From NCBI GenBank assembly GCA_963668175.1, contig OY764159.1:4192001-4256000 (forward strand): 64,000 nucleotides of DNA, written 5' to 3'. Below, piece after piece: positions 48,015-58,475 of the stretch. Numbering within the stretch: the stretch's first letter is position 1; the number at the start of each line of letters is the position of its first letter. A program made the translations under genes and the position numbers. Under the pieces are notes generated by a model, which was given only the letters and a program-made list of their open reading frames with translations, was not told the origin of the DNA and ran no database searches. Source of the stretch: Syntrophales bacterium (GTDB taxonomy: Bacteria > Desulfobacterota > Syntrophia > Syntrophales > PHBD01).

Positions 48015-49954
48015 AGGACGCTGTCCGATTCTTTGGGCGTATATTCCTGCACGATCCGCCGCAGCTGATCTTTGACGGCCGCCCCGTCGTGACGGTTCGC
48101 CGCCTCGGCAAGGGCATCCAATTCCCGATCCAGTTTACATCTAAAGTTCTCTAGGTCGCCGTTGCCGTTTGAAAAATGGTCGGCCCGCAATACCATGATC
48201 TTGTCATGGCCTGTTTCGACGATGCCTTCTCCGGAGGTAATTAACTCCTCGTAGAGTTTCTCGCCCGGCCTCAGGCCGGTGAACACAATAGGAACATCCA
48301 CTTCCGGTTCCTTGCCGGACAGTCGAATCAAATCCTTGGCCATATCGGCTATCTTAACGGGTGTACCCATTTCCAGGATGAAAATCTCGCCGCCTTTTCC
48401 CATGGCCCCGGCCTGGATGATCAGCTGGGCCGCTTCCGGAATGGTCATGAAGTATCGGGTTACTTCCGGGTGGGTGACCGTGACCGGCCCTCCCCGCTCT
48501 ATCTGCTTCCGGAAAATCGGAATGACCGACCCCGAAGACCCGACGACATTGCCGAAGCGCACCGCCATGAATTTCGTACCGCATCCCTGCAGCGATTGCA
48601 GCAGAAGTTCCGTCACGCGTTTGCTCGCACCCATGACATTGGTCGGCCGGACGGCTTTATCCGTCGAGACGAGGACAAAGCGCTCCACGTGAAAGGCTAC
48701 TGCCGTTTTCATTGCGACAAAGCTGCCTTGAATATTGTTGGAAACAGCCTCCCAGGGATTCATTTCCAGCATCGGTACATGCTTATAGGCGGCCGCATGG
48801 AGTACGACCTGCGGTCGATATTTGAGGAACAAGGCTTTCATTAAGGATTCATCCTGGACCTGCCCCAAGATGGCTTGACAACTTTCAAAATGGAGTTTTT
48901 GATGGAGCTCCATTTGAATCGTAAAAAGATTGGCTTCATTGGAATCGAGAAGGACAAGAAGACGGGGCTTAAAACGGACGACCTGCCGGCAGAGTTCCGA
49001 ACCGATGGAACCTCCGCACCCCGTTATCAGGACGGTTTTTCCGTCAATATAGTTACTGATCCCGGCCGGATCGATCTGAACCGGCGGCCTTCCCAGAAGA
49101 TCCTCATAGCTGACGTCGCGCAGCACTTTCACGCTGACGCTGCCGTCAATAATTTCCCCTATCCCCGGCAGGGTCTTGAACTGAACACGGCAATTTTCGC
49201 AGATATCGACAATTCTTCTCATCGCCTGACCTGACGCCGAGGGAATGGCGATCAAGACTTCGTCAACATCGTTGTCCCCGATAATCTTCACGAGATCGTC
49301 GATACAACCCAATACATTGACCCCATGGATCGATCGCCCCTGCTTCTGAGGATTGTCGTCCACGAAACCCGCAACCCGATAATTCAGATGTTCGTTATCC
49401 AATATTTCTCTCAGGATTTTTTCGCCGGCGTCGCCAGCTCCGACGATAAGGACCTTCTTGCTCGGTCTTGCCTGAGGACGGCTCTGGGAATCAACTTTCG
49501 TCCGGTTCTGGGAAAAGTAATAACCCCTTATTAAGAAACGGAGTCCTCCTGTAAGGAGAAATGTGAGAACGCCATCCAGGAGAAATACTGCCCTGGAATA
49601 ACCCTCAAATCTGTAAACGTATAAAATAACGGCCATGCCGATCAGCACGGAGGCAACGGATGCCTTAAACAGATTCCAGACGTCCCAAACGCTCGTATAA
49701 CGCCACATTCCCCGATAAAGCCCAAACGAGAAAAAAACGGCGAACTTCAAGGGGACAAACCAGACCAAAATAATCTTGATGTTGTAGATTTCGTAAGGCC
49801 CCAACCGAAACTCGAAGCGGAACAGATAAGCAATCACATGAGCCAGAGCAAAAAGAACCGCATCGAGGCATATCATGAAATAAAATTTGGGATTTTTAAG
49901 CTGCCGAAACACTTCTATTCTTCCATTTCGTTCGAGGTTTGATGCTCTCTGCAC
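48011..49954 (-). CDS. Membrane-bound UDP-GlcNAc 4,6-dehydratase (PglF/WbpM/CapD family)
   Basis: 4 TM helices, GAGDAG, TG.GGSIGSEL, HAAAYKHVP, STDKAVRPTNVMGASK, VRFGNV. Confidence 0.92.
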   Translation of the reverse strand: MQRASNLERNGRIEVFRQLKNPKFYFMICLDAVLFALAHVIAYLFRFEFRLGPYEIYNIKIILVWFVPLKFAVFFSFGLYRGMWRYTSVWDVWNLFKASVASVLIGMAVILYVYRFEGYSRAVFLLDGVLTFLLTGGLRFLIRGYYFSQNRTKVDSQSRPQARPSKKVLIVGAGDAGEKILREILDNEHLNYRVAGFVDDNPQKQGRSIHGVNVLGCIDDLVKIIGDNDVDEVLIAIPSASGQAMRRIVDICENCRVQFKTLPGIGEIIDGSVSVKVLRDVSYEDLLGRPPVQIDPAGISNYIDGKTVLITGCGGSIGSELCRQVVRFKPRLLVLLDSNEANLFTIQMELHQKLHFESCQAILGQVQDESLMKALFLKYRPQVVLHAAAYKHVPMLEMNPWEAVSNNIQGSFVAMKTAVAFHVERFVLVSTDKAVRPTNVMGASKRVTELLLQSLQGCGTKFMAVRFGNVVGSSGSVIPIFRKQIERGGPVTVTHPEVTRYFMTIPEAAQLIIQAGAMGKGGEIFILEMGTPVKIADMAKDLIRLSGKEPEVDVPIVFTGLRPGEKLYEELITSGEGIVETGHDKIMVLRADHFSNGNGDLENFRCKLDRELDALAEAANRHDGAAVKDQLRRIVQEYTPKESDSVL

Positions 49955-50060
49955 CGGTGACGCGAAGCAGTATCATACATGATTTTTCAAGCCAAAGAGA
50001 AAAGATCCTTTCGCCTGCGAAAACCTGTCACATCGATCTTTCCAAGGTATGGGCAAATCA

Positions 50061-51044
50061 TCATTCCCAGCCTACTTCCTTCATTCCAACCTTCTCGGAA
50101 AAGGCCGAAATCAGTTGAGCTGTAAATAAAATAGTTTTAAAGTCGTCGGCAACGGGCTCTCTGCAGCAACGGGCGAATTCGTTCAGCATATTGACATAGC
50201 AGTTCTCGGCAGGCAGCTCCACGCTCTCCATTGCGCCGCTGGCTGACCGCATATAAAGAACGGGCCTGTAATCGTCAGACTTTGAAAATATCCTGTCGGT
50301 AAAAATCACGCCTTTTTCAAACCAAAGCTCGGCTTGATTGATGTAGCAGCTGTTATAACTCCAGTCCAGGATTGCTTTGCCGCCATTTTCATATCCCAGG
50401 ACGCAGAAACCGGACTGGTCGATATGGTTTGCGTCGGCCCGATATTCCGCCAGTTCGAAACGGGGGCGCCCATCAAACAGTTCAGCGGCCAGGGAAAAAG
50501 TATAGCTGCCGACATCCAGCAAAGCGCTTGCTCCCAGGTTGGAGATAATGCGAAAGCCTGGTTGATCCAAGGCGGGGATGGAAAAACGGCAAATCAGCCG
50601 CCTGAGAGTGCCATACTGCATACCTTCAACCACCTCTTTCAGTTTCCTGAACTGCTGGTGGTACTTGTACATATACGCTTCGCCGACAAACAGACTCTTC
50701 CCCTGAGCCATCTCGAGCAATTGCCGCGAATGCGCAGAAGAAGTCGTCAGCGATTTTTCACACCACAAATGTTTTCCGGCATTCAGCACCGCTTTCCCTT
50801 GTGTGAAATGCAGGCCGGTCGGCGTGCAAAGAAAAACCGCTTCAATCTCCGGATCGGACAGCATCGTCTCGCCAGACGGATAGTATAAACAACCCAAGCG
50901 GCCAGCTTCCCGATTACCCACCTCCTTATCACGGGTACAGATGCCGACGAGTTCAACAGACGCCGCATCCTTAAGAGCCGCCAAAATACGTTTGCGGGCA
51001 TGTCTTCCCAGGCCCCAAATGGCCGTTTTAATACTATCGCGCAT
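50061..51044 (-). CDS. Gfo/Idh/MocA oxidoreductase (NDP-hexose 3-keto reductase/dehydrogenase-like)
   Basis: GKHLWCEKSL, EAYMYKYH.Q, ALLDVGSY. Confidence 0.85.
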   Translation of the reverse strand: MRDSIKTAIWGLGRHARKRILAALKDAASVELVGICTRDKEVGNREAGRLGCLYYPSGETMLSDPEIEAVFLCTPTGLHFTQGKAVLNAGKHLWCEKSLTTSSAHSRQLLEMAQGKSLFVGEAYMYKYHQQFRKLKEVVEGMQYGTLRRLICRFSIPALDQPGFRIISNLGASALLDVGSYTFSLAAELFDGRPRFELAEYRADANHIDQSGFCVLGYENGGKAILDWSYNSCYINQAELWFEKGVIFTDRIFSKSDDYRPVLYMRSASGAMESVELPAENCYVNMLNEFARCCREPVADDFKTILFTAQLISAFSEKVGMKEVGWE

Positions 51045-52050
51045 ACAAAGGCCCGTATCTCAGGACGAAAAGCAGTATAGGCGTAACGCCGGCAAGGAAG
51101 ATAAGCCCGCCATACGGTCTATACACCACAGACAAATAGGCCAATGGTAAAAGATAAAAAAAATTGATGCCCATGATGAGACAGGTTACGAATTTATGAT
51201 TATTCAGGACCCGGGCCAGATTCTGATAGGCGTGGCTGCGGTGGGTCCGATACCAGCCCTTCACCAGGAACATCCGCAAAATGGTGGTGGTCGTGGTATC
51301 CGTTATAAAATAGGCAAGGATGATTAACCATGTCCAAATGGATAGCATCTCGTTTTTTACGGTAATTAACATCAGCATCCCGAAAATGCAGCCGAAGAAA
51401 TTGCTTCCCGCATCACCCAAGAACATCTTGGCGGGGGGCCAATTGAAAAGCAGGAAGGCTAAAGATGAAGCAGCCAGGACGATGAGCAGGAAACCGTACG
51501 GTTCAATCCCCATCCACAGAAAATAACCGCCGACGCTTATGGAAAAGAAAATAGCGCCGGAAGTAGCCAGGCCATCGATACCGTCCATAAAATTAAACGA
51601 ATTGATGAACCAGACAAACGCGACCGCAGCAATGGCGTTCGCTGATGCATTCAGACCGGGAACAGAGTCCAGGAAAGGATGATGTGGAATTCCGCCGAGC
51701 CAATACAGCCCCCAGCCTACGACCAGGAATTGTATGAAGAAACGAATGCTCGCTTTGATCTCCCAAATATCATCGAGAAACCCGGTAACCGACATGATCA
51801 GACCGCCGCCGAACAGAGCGATGAATTCTGCATTCTTTATGCTGCCGGACAGTCTTAAGAACAGGATGAAGGCCAAGAAAATTAAAGCAATTATAGCGCC
51901 GCCGCCCTGCGGAGTCACATTCCGATGCAGGCTTCGTTCATTGGGTATGGCGACCAATTTTAATTGCGGGGCATACTTCTTAAGAAAATAAATTCCTAAA
52001 AGACTGAGCGCAAAAGCAATTACAGGAAACCATATCATGAGCTTCATCAT
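51034..52050 (-). CDS. MraY/WecA family initiating glycosyl-1-phosphate transferase (WbpL-like)
   Basis: PNERSLH...TPQGGG, GFLDD, NFMDGIDG, FNWPPAKMFLGDAGS, HRSHAYQ. Confidence 0.92.
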   Translation of the reverse strand: MMKLMIWFPVIAFALSLLGIYFLKKYAPQLKLVAIPNERSLHRNVTPQGGGAIIALIFLAFILFLRLSGSIKNAEFIALFGGGLIMSVTGFLDDIWEIKASIRFFIQFLVVGWGLYWLGGIPHHPFLDSVPGLNASANAIAAVAFVWFINSFNFMDGIDGLATSGAIFFSISVGGYFLWMGIEPYGFLLIVLAASSLAFLLFNWPPAKMFLGDAGSNFFGCIFGMLMLITVKNEMLSIWTWLIILAYFITDTTTTTILRMFLVKGWYRTHRSHAYQNLARVLNNHKFVTCLIMGINFFYLLPLAYLSVVYRPYGGLIFLAGVTPILLFVLRYGPLYAR

Positions 52051-52763
52051 TCTTCCGATGATACCGGTTTTCTTCTGCCTTTGACAATCGTCTGGCGGCT
52101 TCGCGCCAGGACCGTTTCACGCGGAGGAACATCTCGGGTAATCGTCGAGCCGGCACCAACTATCGCTTTCTCTCCCACTCTCACAGGAGCCACCAGTTGG
52201 CATCCTGAACCTACAAAAGCACTTTCTGCGATATAAGTATCGTTCTTCTTCACGCCGTCGAAGTTGCAGGTGATCGTTCCGGCGCCGATAATAACATCCT
52301 TTTCAAGGACGGCATCCCCGATATAACTCAAATGATTGACTTTGCAGTCAGGACCCATCGTTACTTCCTTGACTTCGACGTAATTGCCGATTTGCACGCG
52401 ATCGCCTATTTTCGTCCCGGTACGGATTCTGGCGTATGGTCCTATCAAACATGACTTGCCGATAACGGCATTTTCCACCATGGAGTTGGCCTGAATCTTC
52501 GTATCCGAGTCGATCGTCGTATTTTTAAGGATACAGTTGGGACCTACTGTAACGTTGTCACCCAATCTGACATCGCCTTCCACAATCACATTAATGTCAA
52601 TTTCAACATTTACACCGCATTCGAGGGAGCCTCTGATATCGAACCTCATGGGATCACGCAAATATACGCCCTGGGCAACAAGTTCGTTGGCACGCCGGAT
52701 CGATACGGCCCTTTCTGCACTTATCTTTTCTTCCAAATCAGTCATACGCGATTCCCTCATCAT
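52047..52763 (-). CDS. Stand-alone GlmU C-terminal (LbH acetyltransferase) domain
   Basis: GVYLRDPMRFDIRG, IGPYARIR, GNYVEVK, HLSYIGDA, GAGTITCNFDG; no N-terminal uridyltransferase domain. Confidence 0.85.
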   Translation of the reverse strand: MMRESRMTDLEEKISAERAVSIRRANELVAQGVYLRDPMRFDIRGSLECGVNVEIDINVIVEGDVRLGDNVTVGPNCILKNTTIDSDTKIQANSMVENAVIGKSCLIGPYARIRTGTKIGDRVQIGNYVEVKEVTMGPDCKVNHLSYIGDAVLEKDVIIGAGTITCNFDGVKKNDTYIAESAFVGSGCQLVAPVRVGEKAIVGAGSTITRDVPPRETVLARSRQTIVKGRRKPVSSEE

Positions 52764-53431
52764 GAGGTCATACGGATAATGTGCAGGCCTTCGCCATAGG
52801 CGAAACCGGACTGGCTGCCTCTAAACATGGCCAGGGCTCCGGCAGCCTCGATGGATCGGGGTCCGGGGAAAGGCGACACCTGACTTTTAAAACAGGAAAG
52901 GGCCTCTTTCTTGATCTCGATGGTTCTCGAAATATCCACGATCCAGTTCGGCACAAAATTGGACTCTATATGGGGAGCGTTCCAGTGGGTCTCGGACAGG
53001 GTTTCATAGGCGGCAAGGATTTTGATGTTTGCGCCCTTTCCTATCGGTCTTGCAGCAACCATCGCCGCATCAAACACCAGGCGATGATCAATATGACGAT
53101 CAGGGTAGGGGCAAACGACAAGGGAAGGCTTAAAATCGTTTACAACCCCGACAACCTTACTGTTTAATTCACTGATAGGAACATTGCCGATATACGTGGC
53201 GGGAATCTTCAGGTATTCACAATGGTCGACTCCCAGCAGTTCGTGCGCTTTTTTCGCTTCTTCCACCGTGACGGCGAAATCTTTTTCCGAATACAGGGGA
53301 GGGAGATGGCCCGATACCGTTAATACCATCACTTTGCAGTTGCAGTCTGCTAGTTTCTTCATAAAGCCGCCGACCCCCAACACATCGTCATCCGGGTGAG
53401 GGGCAATAACGAGGGCTCGTTCAAAATCCAT
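52760..53431 (-). CDS. PIG-L family deacetylase
   Basis: APHPDDD.LG.GG, HIDHR, YETLSET.W, F.SQ....P.PRS. Confidence 0.9.
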   Translation of the reverse strand: MDFERALVIAPHPDDDVLGVGGFMKKLADCNCKVMVLTVSGHLPPLYSEKDFAVTVEEAKKAHELLGVDHCEYLKIPATYIGNVPISELNSKVVGVVNDFKPSLVVCPYPDRHIDHRLVFDAAMVAARPIGKGANIKILAAYETLSETHWNAPHIESNFVPNWIVDISRTIEIKKEALSCFKSQVSPFPGPRSIEAAGALAMFRGSQSGFAYGEGLHIIRMTS

Positions 53432-53443
53432 GGTACGCCTCTC

Positions 53444-54694
53444 CTATTCGACAATACGGGCTGTGGGCATCGGTAGAATAAATTTTCCGCCCCGGTTTTT
53501 GTATTCTTTATGCTTTTCCATGATAGGTTCCGCAAAATTCCAGGAAAGCACGACCAGATAATCAGGCATTCGCTTGTAGAGTTCGTCTACCACCATGATC
53601 GGTATATGAAGACCCGGGGTGAACTTGCCCTGCTTTAAAGGATTGTCGTCGACAATATAGTCTATAATGTCTTTTCCCAGGCCGAAGTAGGTCAGCAGCG
53701 TCGTCGATTTGGTCGGCGCGCCATATCCGGCGATGCTTTTGCCCTGCATCTTAAGCGACCGCAATATACCGGACAATTCTTGCTTAACTGTATTTATCTT
53801 TTCATTGAAAGTTCTGAAAGTCTCAACCTTGTCCAGGCCCATTTCTTCTTCGAGCCGTACTAACGCGCTCACACTTGAATCGGCACGGCGACGGCCGCCT
53901 TTTTTCTGGACGCATACGCGAATGGAGCCTCCCTGCGGAGATATTCTTTTCACCGAAAGCAATCCCATGTCAAGGCTCTCGAAGAAAGGGATCAGCGGCT
54001 TTACGCTGTGATAATCCAAATGCTCATGATACATGGTATCAAACCAGGTGTTGCGATAAACATCCAGAAGGTAGCCGACTTCAAAAATGAACAACCCGTC
54101 ATCGGCCAACCAGTGTTGAACGCCGCGCATGATACCGGTCAGGTCGTCTATATGGGCGCAGGCGTTGTGCGATGTGATCAAATGAGCTGGTCCGTATTCT
54201 TTCAAAAGCTGTTGTCCGAGCGATTCCGAAAAGAATGTGGCGATGGTCGGTATGCCTTTTTCTGTCGCCTTGGCTGCGATTTCCGTCGCAGGGTCGACAC
54301 CCAATACCTTGTGACCGGCCTCTTTGAAAAATCTCAGGCAAGAACCGTCATTCGAACCGATATCGGCGACAAGCGCCCCCTTCGGAATTGCATATTCCGC
54401 CAATACATCCTTGGCATATTGACGGAAGTGTTCTACAAAAATGGGCGCAGTACCGGACACATACTTGTAGTCGTCCTGATAGAGAATCTTGGGATCGACG
54501 ACATCCGCCAATTGGACGTGAAAACAATTTTTACAGAAGCGGACGACGAGGGGATAGAAGGACTCCGGAATCAGAAGCTGCTCTTTAGAAAGAAAATTAT
54601 TACCCGGGGGAGTCGGCTTAAGCTCTATGACGTCTTCAAGCTGCTTCTGATTGCAGAGACGACAAGCGTCCCTGCGATAATAATCTTTATTCAT
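53444..54694 (-). CDS. NDP-sugar C-methyltransferase (Zn-binding, class I SAM)
   Basis: CRLC...CKNC zinc site, DIGSNDG, FDTMYHEH..Y, GGSIR, GYGAP.K, DDNPLKQG, WNFA. Confidence 0.88.
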   Translation of the reverse strand: MNKDYYRRDACRLCNQKQLEDVIELKPTPPGNNFLSKEQLLIPESFYPLVVRFCKNCFHVQLADVVDPKILYQDDYKYVSGTAPIFVEHFRQYAKDVLAEYAIPKGALVADIGSNDGSCLRFFKEAGHKVLGVDPATEIAAKATEKGIPTIATFFSESLGQQLLKEYGPAHLITSHNACAHIDDLTGIMRGVQHWLADDGLFIFEVGYLLDVYRNTWFDTMYHEHLDYHSVKPLIPFFESLDMGLLSVKRISPQGGSIRVCVQKKGGRRRADSSVSALVRLEEEMGLDKVETFRTFNEKINTVKQELSGILRSLKMQGKSIAGYGAPTKSTTLLTYFGLGKDIIDYIVDDNPLKQGKFTPGLHIPIMVVDELYKRMPDYLVVLSWNFAEPIMEKHKEYKNRGGKFILPMPTARIVE

Positions 54695-55163
54695 GACTCA
54701 CCAAACTGTCGGGGGCCATCAGCTGGACCCTAATGACATCGGCTTCATAAGCCTCCTGGTCTCGGAAATTGCGACTGATCGCCAGGAAATGCGTGTCTTC
54801 GGGGAAATATGTCGCATGTTCTTCCATAGGCGGCGTAAAAATCATGTCCCCTTTTTTGAAAGTTGTCTTCTTGATTTCGCCGGTATGGCCGTGGGGACGA
54901 TAGTAATAATCCATGATGCCGGACAGGATATACATATAGTGCCAGTCCGTCTTATGGTAGTGGTTTGACCGGAGCGATCCTTGCTTCGAGAAAATCAACG
55001 ACACGTTTCGCGTCGGTACATTGACCAGGCATTGTATAAAACCGCGATCGTCTTCATGCGCGGCATCCAAGGTAACAGAAATATCTTTTGGCCAATCCTT
55101 GGGATCGTCATCAAAAACCTTTTCCATCTTTGTCTCCTGTATCCGATATTGAGGGGTTATCAT
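54687..55163 (-). CDS. Cupin domain protein (sugar isomerase/epimerase-like)
   Basis: D.RG.I, RSNHYHK, PP.EEHA. Confidence 0.8.
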   Translation of the reverse strand: MITPQYRIQETKMEKVFDDDPKDWPKDISVTLDAAHEDDRGFIQCLVNVPTRNVSLIFSKQGSLRSNHYHKTDWHYMYILSGIMDYYYRPHGHTGEIKKTTFKKGDMIFTPPMEEHATYFPEDTHFLAISRNFRDQEAYEADVIRVQLMAPDSLVSHE

Positions 55164-55359
55164 TCCGTTTCGTGGTCTCTTTTGCCATACTCAGTCATAC
55201 ATGTCAATATTATTGGCGACATAGCATCCTAAGGACTTACCGAAATTCATCATGTTCATGCGGCGTATACCAGATTTTACCTCTCCGCAACGACGCAAGG
55301 TTCCGGAGTGATGGGACGCTCGGTGGGATGCCAAGGAATACTGTTATCTTATCAAGGCC

Positions 55360-56487
55360 TTACTTAAACCAAACGGTCCGGTTGACATAGTCGATGTAGC
55401 TCAAAACAATTCTCAAGACCTTTTTGGAGACGTTGTCCACATCGTAATCGTAGACAAGCCTGAATTGACGTTCATCCTGAGAATGCTGGGCCGTCACGAC
55501 GCCGATGGCTTCCATGACGCGATCGGCTTTGAGACCGCACATGATCAAGACGCCTTCATCCATGCCTTCCGGCCTTTCGTGGGCCTGTCGGATCGTCACC
55601 GCCGGGAAATTGAGAATGGACGATTCCTCCGTTATCGTCCCGCTGTCCGATATGACGCAGAAAGCCTGCATCTGGAGTTTTACATAATCATAAAAGCCCA
55701 GCGGCTTTAAGAAACGAATCATGTGGTCGAGATTCTCCATCCCCATCTTTTCCAGCCTTTTTCTCGTTCTGGGATGGGTGGTCACAATGATCGGCATTTT
55801 GTATTTCCCGACAATCTGCTGCAACGTCGCCAGCAAATCTCCGAAGTTGACATCGCTGTCTATGTTTTCTTCCCGGTGGGCGCTGACCACGAAATATTTC
55901 CCCGGAGAGAGATCGAGACTTTTCAGAACATCCGATTTTTCTATTTGCGGCATATAGTGATACAGGATTTCTTTCATGGGAGAACCTGTTTTTATCACTG
56001 TCTCCGGCTTCAAGCCTTCAGCCAGGAGATAACGCCGGGCGTGTTCGGTAAGCGGCATATTGATATCGCTCAAATGATCGATGATTTTCCGGTTAAGCTC
56101 CTCAGGGACACGTTGATCAAAGCTTCGATTGCCTGCTTCCATGTGAAATACGGGTATCTTCCGCCGCTTCGCCGAAATCACGGAAAGACAGCTGTTGGTG
56201 TCGCCATATAGCAGGACGGCATCGGGTTTTACCTGCTCCATGATGTCATCCGATTTCGATATGACGTTGCCGATCGTCCTTGCCAGATTTTCCCCTGCGG
56301 CATCCAGGAAGAAATCCGGTTTCCTGATACCCAGGTCACGGAAGAATATCTCATTCAGTTCATAATCGTAATTCTGCCCCGTATGAACCAGGACATGGTC
56401 GGCATATTGATCCAGTTCATGCATGACCCTGCATAGTTTGATAATTTCAGGGCGTGTTCCTACAATAGTCATTACCTTTGTCTTCAT
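55360..56487 (-). CDS. Non-hydrolysing UDP-sugar 2-epimerase (FnlC/WbjD/WbvD-like)
   Basis: VGTRPEIIK, HTGQNYD, GDTNS, HMEAGNR, SDSGT, ERPEG. Confidence 0.92.
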   Translation of the reverse strand: MKTKVMTIVGTRPEIIKLCRVMHELDQYADHVLVHTGQNYDYELNEIFFRDLGIRKPDFFLDAAGENLARTIGNVISKSDDIMEQVKPDAVLLYGDTNSCLSVISAKRRKIPVFHMEAGNRSFDQRVPEELNRKIIDHLSDINMPLTEHARRYLLAEGLKPETVIKTGSPMKEILYHYMPQIEKSDVLKSLDLSPGKYFVVSAHREENIDSDVNFGDLLATLQQIVGKYKMPIIVTTHPRTRKRLEKMGMENLDHMIRFLKPLGFYDYVKLQMQAFCVISDSGTITEESSILNFPAVTIRQAHERPEGMDEGVLIMCGLKADRVMEAIGVVTAQHSQDERQFRLVYDYDVDNVSKKVLRIVLSYIDYVNRTVWFK

Positions 56488-56538
56488 AACCGTCCTTTAT
56501 TTCATTCGCCGTCGCTTTTCAGAAATGCTCGACTATCT

Positions 56539-57612
56539 CTATCGCAAAAGCTCTTCTCCCGAAGACAGATCCCCATCCTCAACCATTAATTTGTGGCGCT
56601 TTAATAATGCGATCGTCTGCTCAAGATCGAACACGGAATCCGAAGAACTGAATTCTTTCTTCAGCACGTGAACCGCTTCGTGTCCGTCTTCAATCAACTC
56701 GGGCAGCATGGGGAGAATGGCGTAGTAATCGCCGCGACGTACACAGTGGTACGCTTCCTCATCCGATACGAGAATCTCATGTATCTTTTCGCCCGGACGG
56801 ATACCGGTAACCTTGATTTCGACAGCGCGGTCTCCTATGAGCGCTTTCGCGATATTCAGGATATTCGTGGCAGGGGCATTGGGAATGTAGGTTTCTCCCC
56901 TTTTGGCGCCGGATAAAGCCGCAAACACCGTATCCACCGCCTGATCCAGGCTGAGTAAAAAGCGCGTCATTTCCGGAACCGTAATCGTAACGGGACCTCC
57001 GTTCTTTATTTGCTCGTGGAATAGTGGGATAACGGACCCTCTCGATGCCAGGACGTTACCGTACCGCACGCAGATAAATCGCGTCTTGGGATTCAGGATA
57101 TTGGCCGTCGTGATGATCCTTTCCTGGATCGATTTCGTCATACCCATGACGTTAATCGGTTTGCAGGCCTTATCGGTACTGATCGCCACCACGGTTTCCA
57201 CCGGATATCCGTTTTCCTCAATGGCGCGGACGATATTGGCGGCGCCCAGGCAATTGGTCATAACGGCTTGAACCGGAAAATACTCACAGGCCGGCACCTG
57301 CTTCAAGGCGGCCGCGTTGATGACGATGTCGGCATCCTTGACGACGGAACAAACGTCCGCATAATTGCGTACGTCGCCGATTCTGAACTCCAGAACGTTC
57401 ATGAAATTCCGGTATATCACCTCATCGGTGGCAACCAGCTTATGAAGATAAGCCATACGCATGTCATGCTGCTTCGCCTCATCGCGGGAGAACACGATAA
57501 TTTTATCCGGAGTGCCCCTTTCTCCGGTCAACATGCGGCGCACGAGGGTCTTTCCCATCGACCCTGTTCCACCCGTTACTAAAACAGTCTTCTTATCCAG
57601 ATTCATTCTCAT
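56539..57612 (-). CDS. UDP-GlcNAc 4,6-dehydratase/epimerase (FnlA/WbjB/WbvB-like)
   Basis: TGGTGS.G, FSRDE.KQ, AALKQVP.CE, STDKA, RYGNV.ASRGSV. Confidence 0.9.
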   Translation of the reverse strand: MRMNLDKKTVLVTGGTGSMGKTLVRRMLTGERGTPDKIIVFSRDEAKQHDMRMAYLHKLVATDEVIYRNFMNVLEFRIGDVRNYADVCSVVKDADIVINAAALKQVPACEYFPVQAVMTNCLGAANIVRAIEENGYPVETVVAISTDKACKPINVMGMTKSIQERIITTANILNPKTRFICVRYGNVLASRGSVIPLFHEQIKNGGPVTITVPEMTRFLLSLDQAVDTVFAALSGAKRGETYIPNAPATNILNIAKALIGDRAVEIKVTGIRPGEKIHEILVSDEEAYHCVRRGDYYAILPMLPELIEDGHEAVHVLKKEFSSSDSVFDLEQTIALLKRHKLMVEDGDLSSGEELLR

Positions 57613-58475
57613 TTCCCCTTTTCCCGACTTAATTCGTCAACCATTTGCTCCCACGAGGGAGTTTGATAATGAAATTGCCTTCGGAAGGCAGATGAATCGA
57701 GACTTCTGTCACAGTAGAAAGATTCCTCGGGTAAAACCTCCACCGAGGGATGCATTTTTTTGCCGATCATAGTTAACAAATCGAATTTACTGATAGGTTC
57801 GCTCGATACATTATAAAGTCCCGTAGCACCGGGATACTTCTCGACCAAGTTTATAACAATACGGCTCAATTCGCGCGTCGTCAGTCCCGTATAGATGGCA
57901 TTCCTGAAGCCCCGGACCTGACCTTTCTGTGCCAGAAACCATTCCAGAAGTTCCGTACCGTCTGACAGTTCCCGGCCAATGAACGAAGATCTCAGGGTGA
58001 TTACGTTGGCCCCCTGCACCTCTCCCAAAGCTTTTGTCCTGCCATAAAGGTCCGTTGCGTTTGCAGGAGCCGTATCCGGATAATGACCAGCCATCCCGTC
58101 AAAAACACAATCCGTACTGAAGTGGATGAGTCTTGCATTCAGTTCAAAAGCCAATCGCGCCAGTTTGTGTGGAAACAGGGCATTGATGACAATGCTGGGA
58201 ATCGGATTGCCCGCCTCTTCCCTTCGCTTTGTAATTCCTATGCAATTCAGAATCACATCCGGCCGGATGGCATTCAAAACGCCTGTGAGCAACGAAAGAT
58301 CGTAGATATCGACATGCTCGATGACCTTATCGCTGGCATATAGATCGTCACAGCCGTAATCTTTGCGTCCTTTCCGAATGGTCGTATATGTTTCAGGGAT
58401 TTGTGATGCGATCATTTCCCATAATGCATGGCCTAACATACCAGTTCCGCCCAGAATGACGAGTCGCATAGTCAC
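57609..58475 (-). CDS. RmlD-like 4-keto sugar reductase (WbvR-type)
   Basis: GGTGMLG, NCIG, HFSTDCVF.G, YGRTK; no C-terminal cupin. Confidence 0.85.
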   Translation of the reverse strand: MTMRLVILGGTGMLGHALWEMIASQIPETYTTIRKGRKDYGCDDLYASDKVIEHVDIYDLSLLTGVLNAIRPDVILNCIGITKRREEAGNPIPSIVINALFPHKLARLAFELNARLIHFSTDCVFDGMAGHYPDTAPANATDLYGRTKALGEVQGANVITLRSSFIGRELSDGTELLEWFLAQKGQVRGFRNAIYTGLTTRELSRIVINLVEKYPGATGLYNVSSEPISKFDLLTMIGKKMHPSVEVLPEESFYCDRSLDSSAFRRQFHYQTPSWEQMVDELSREKGK

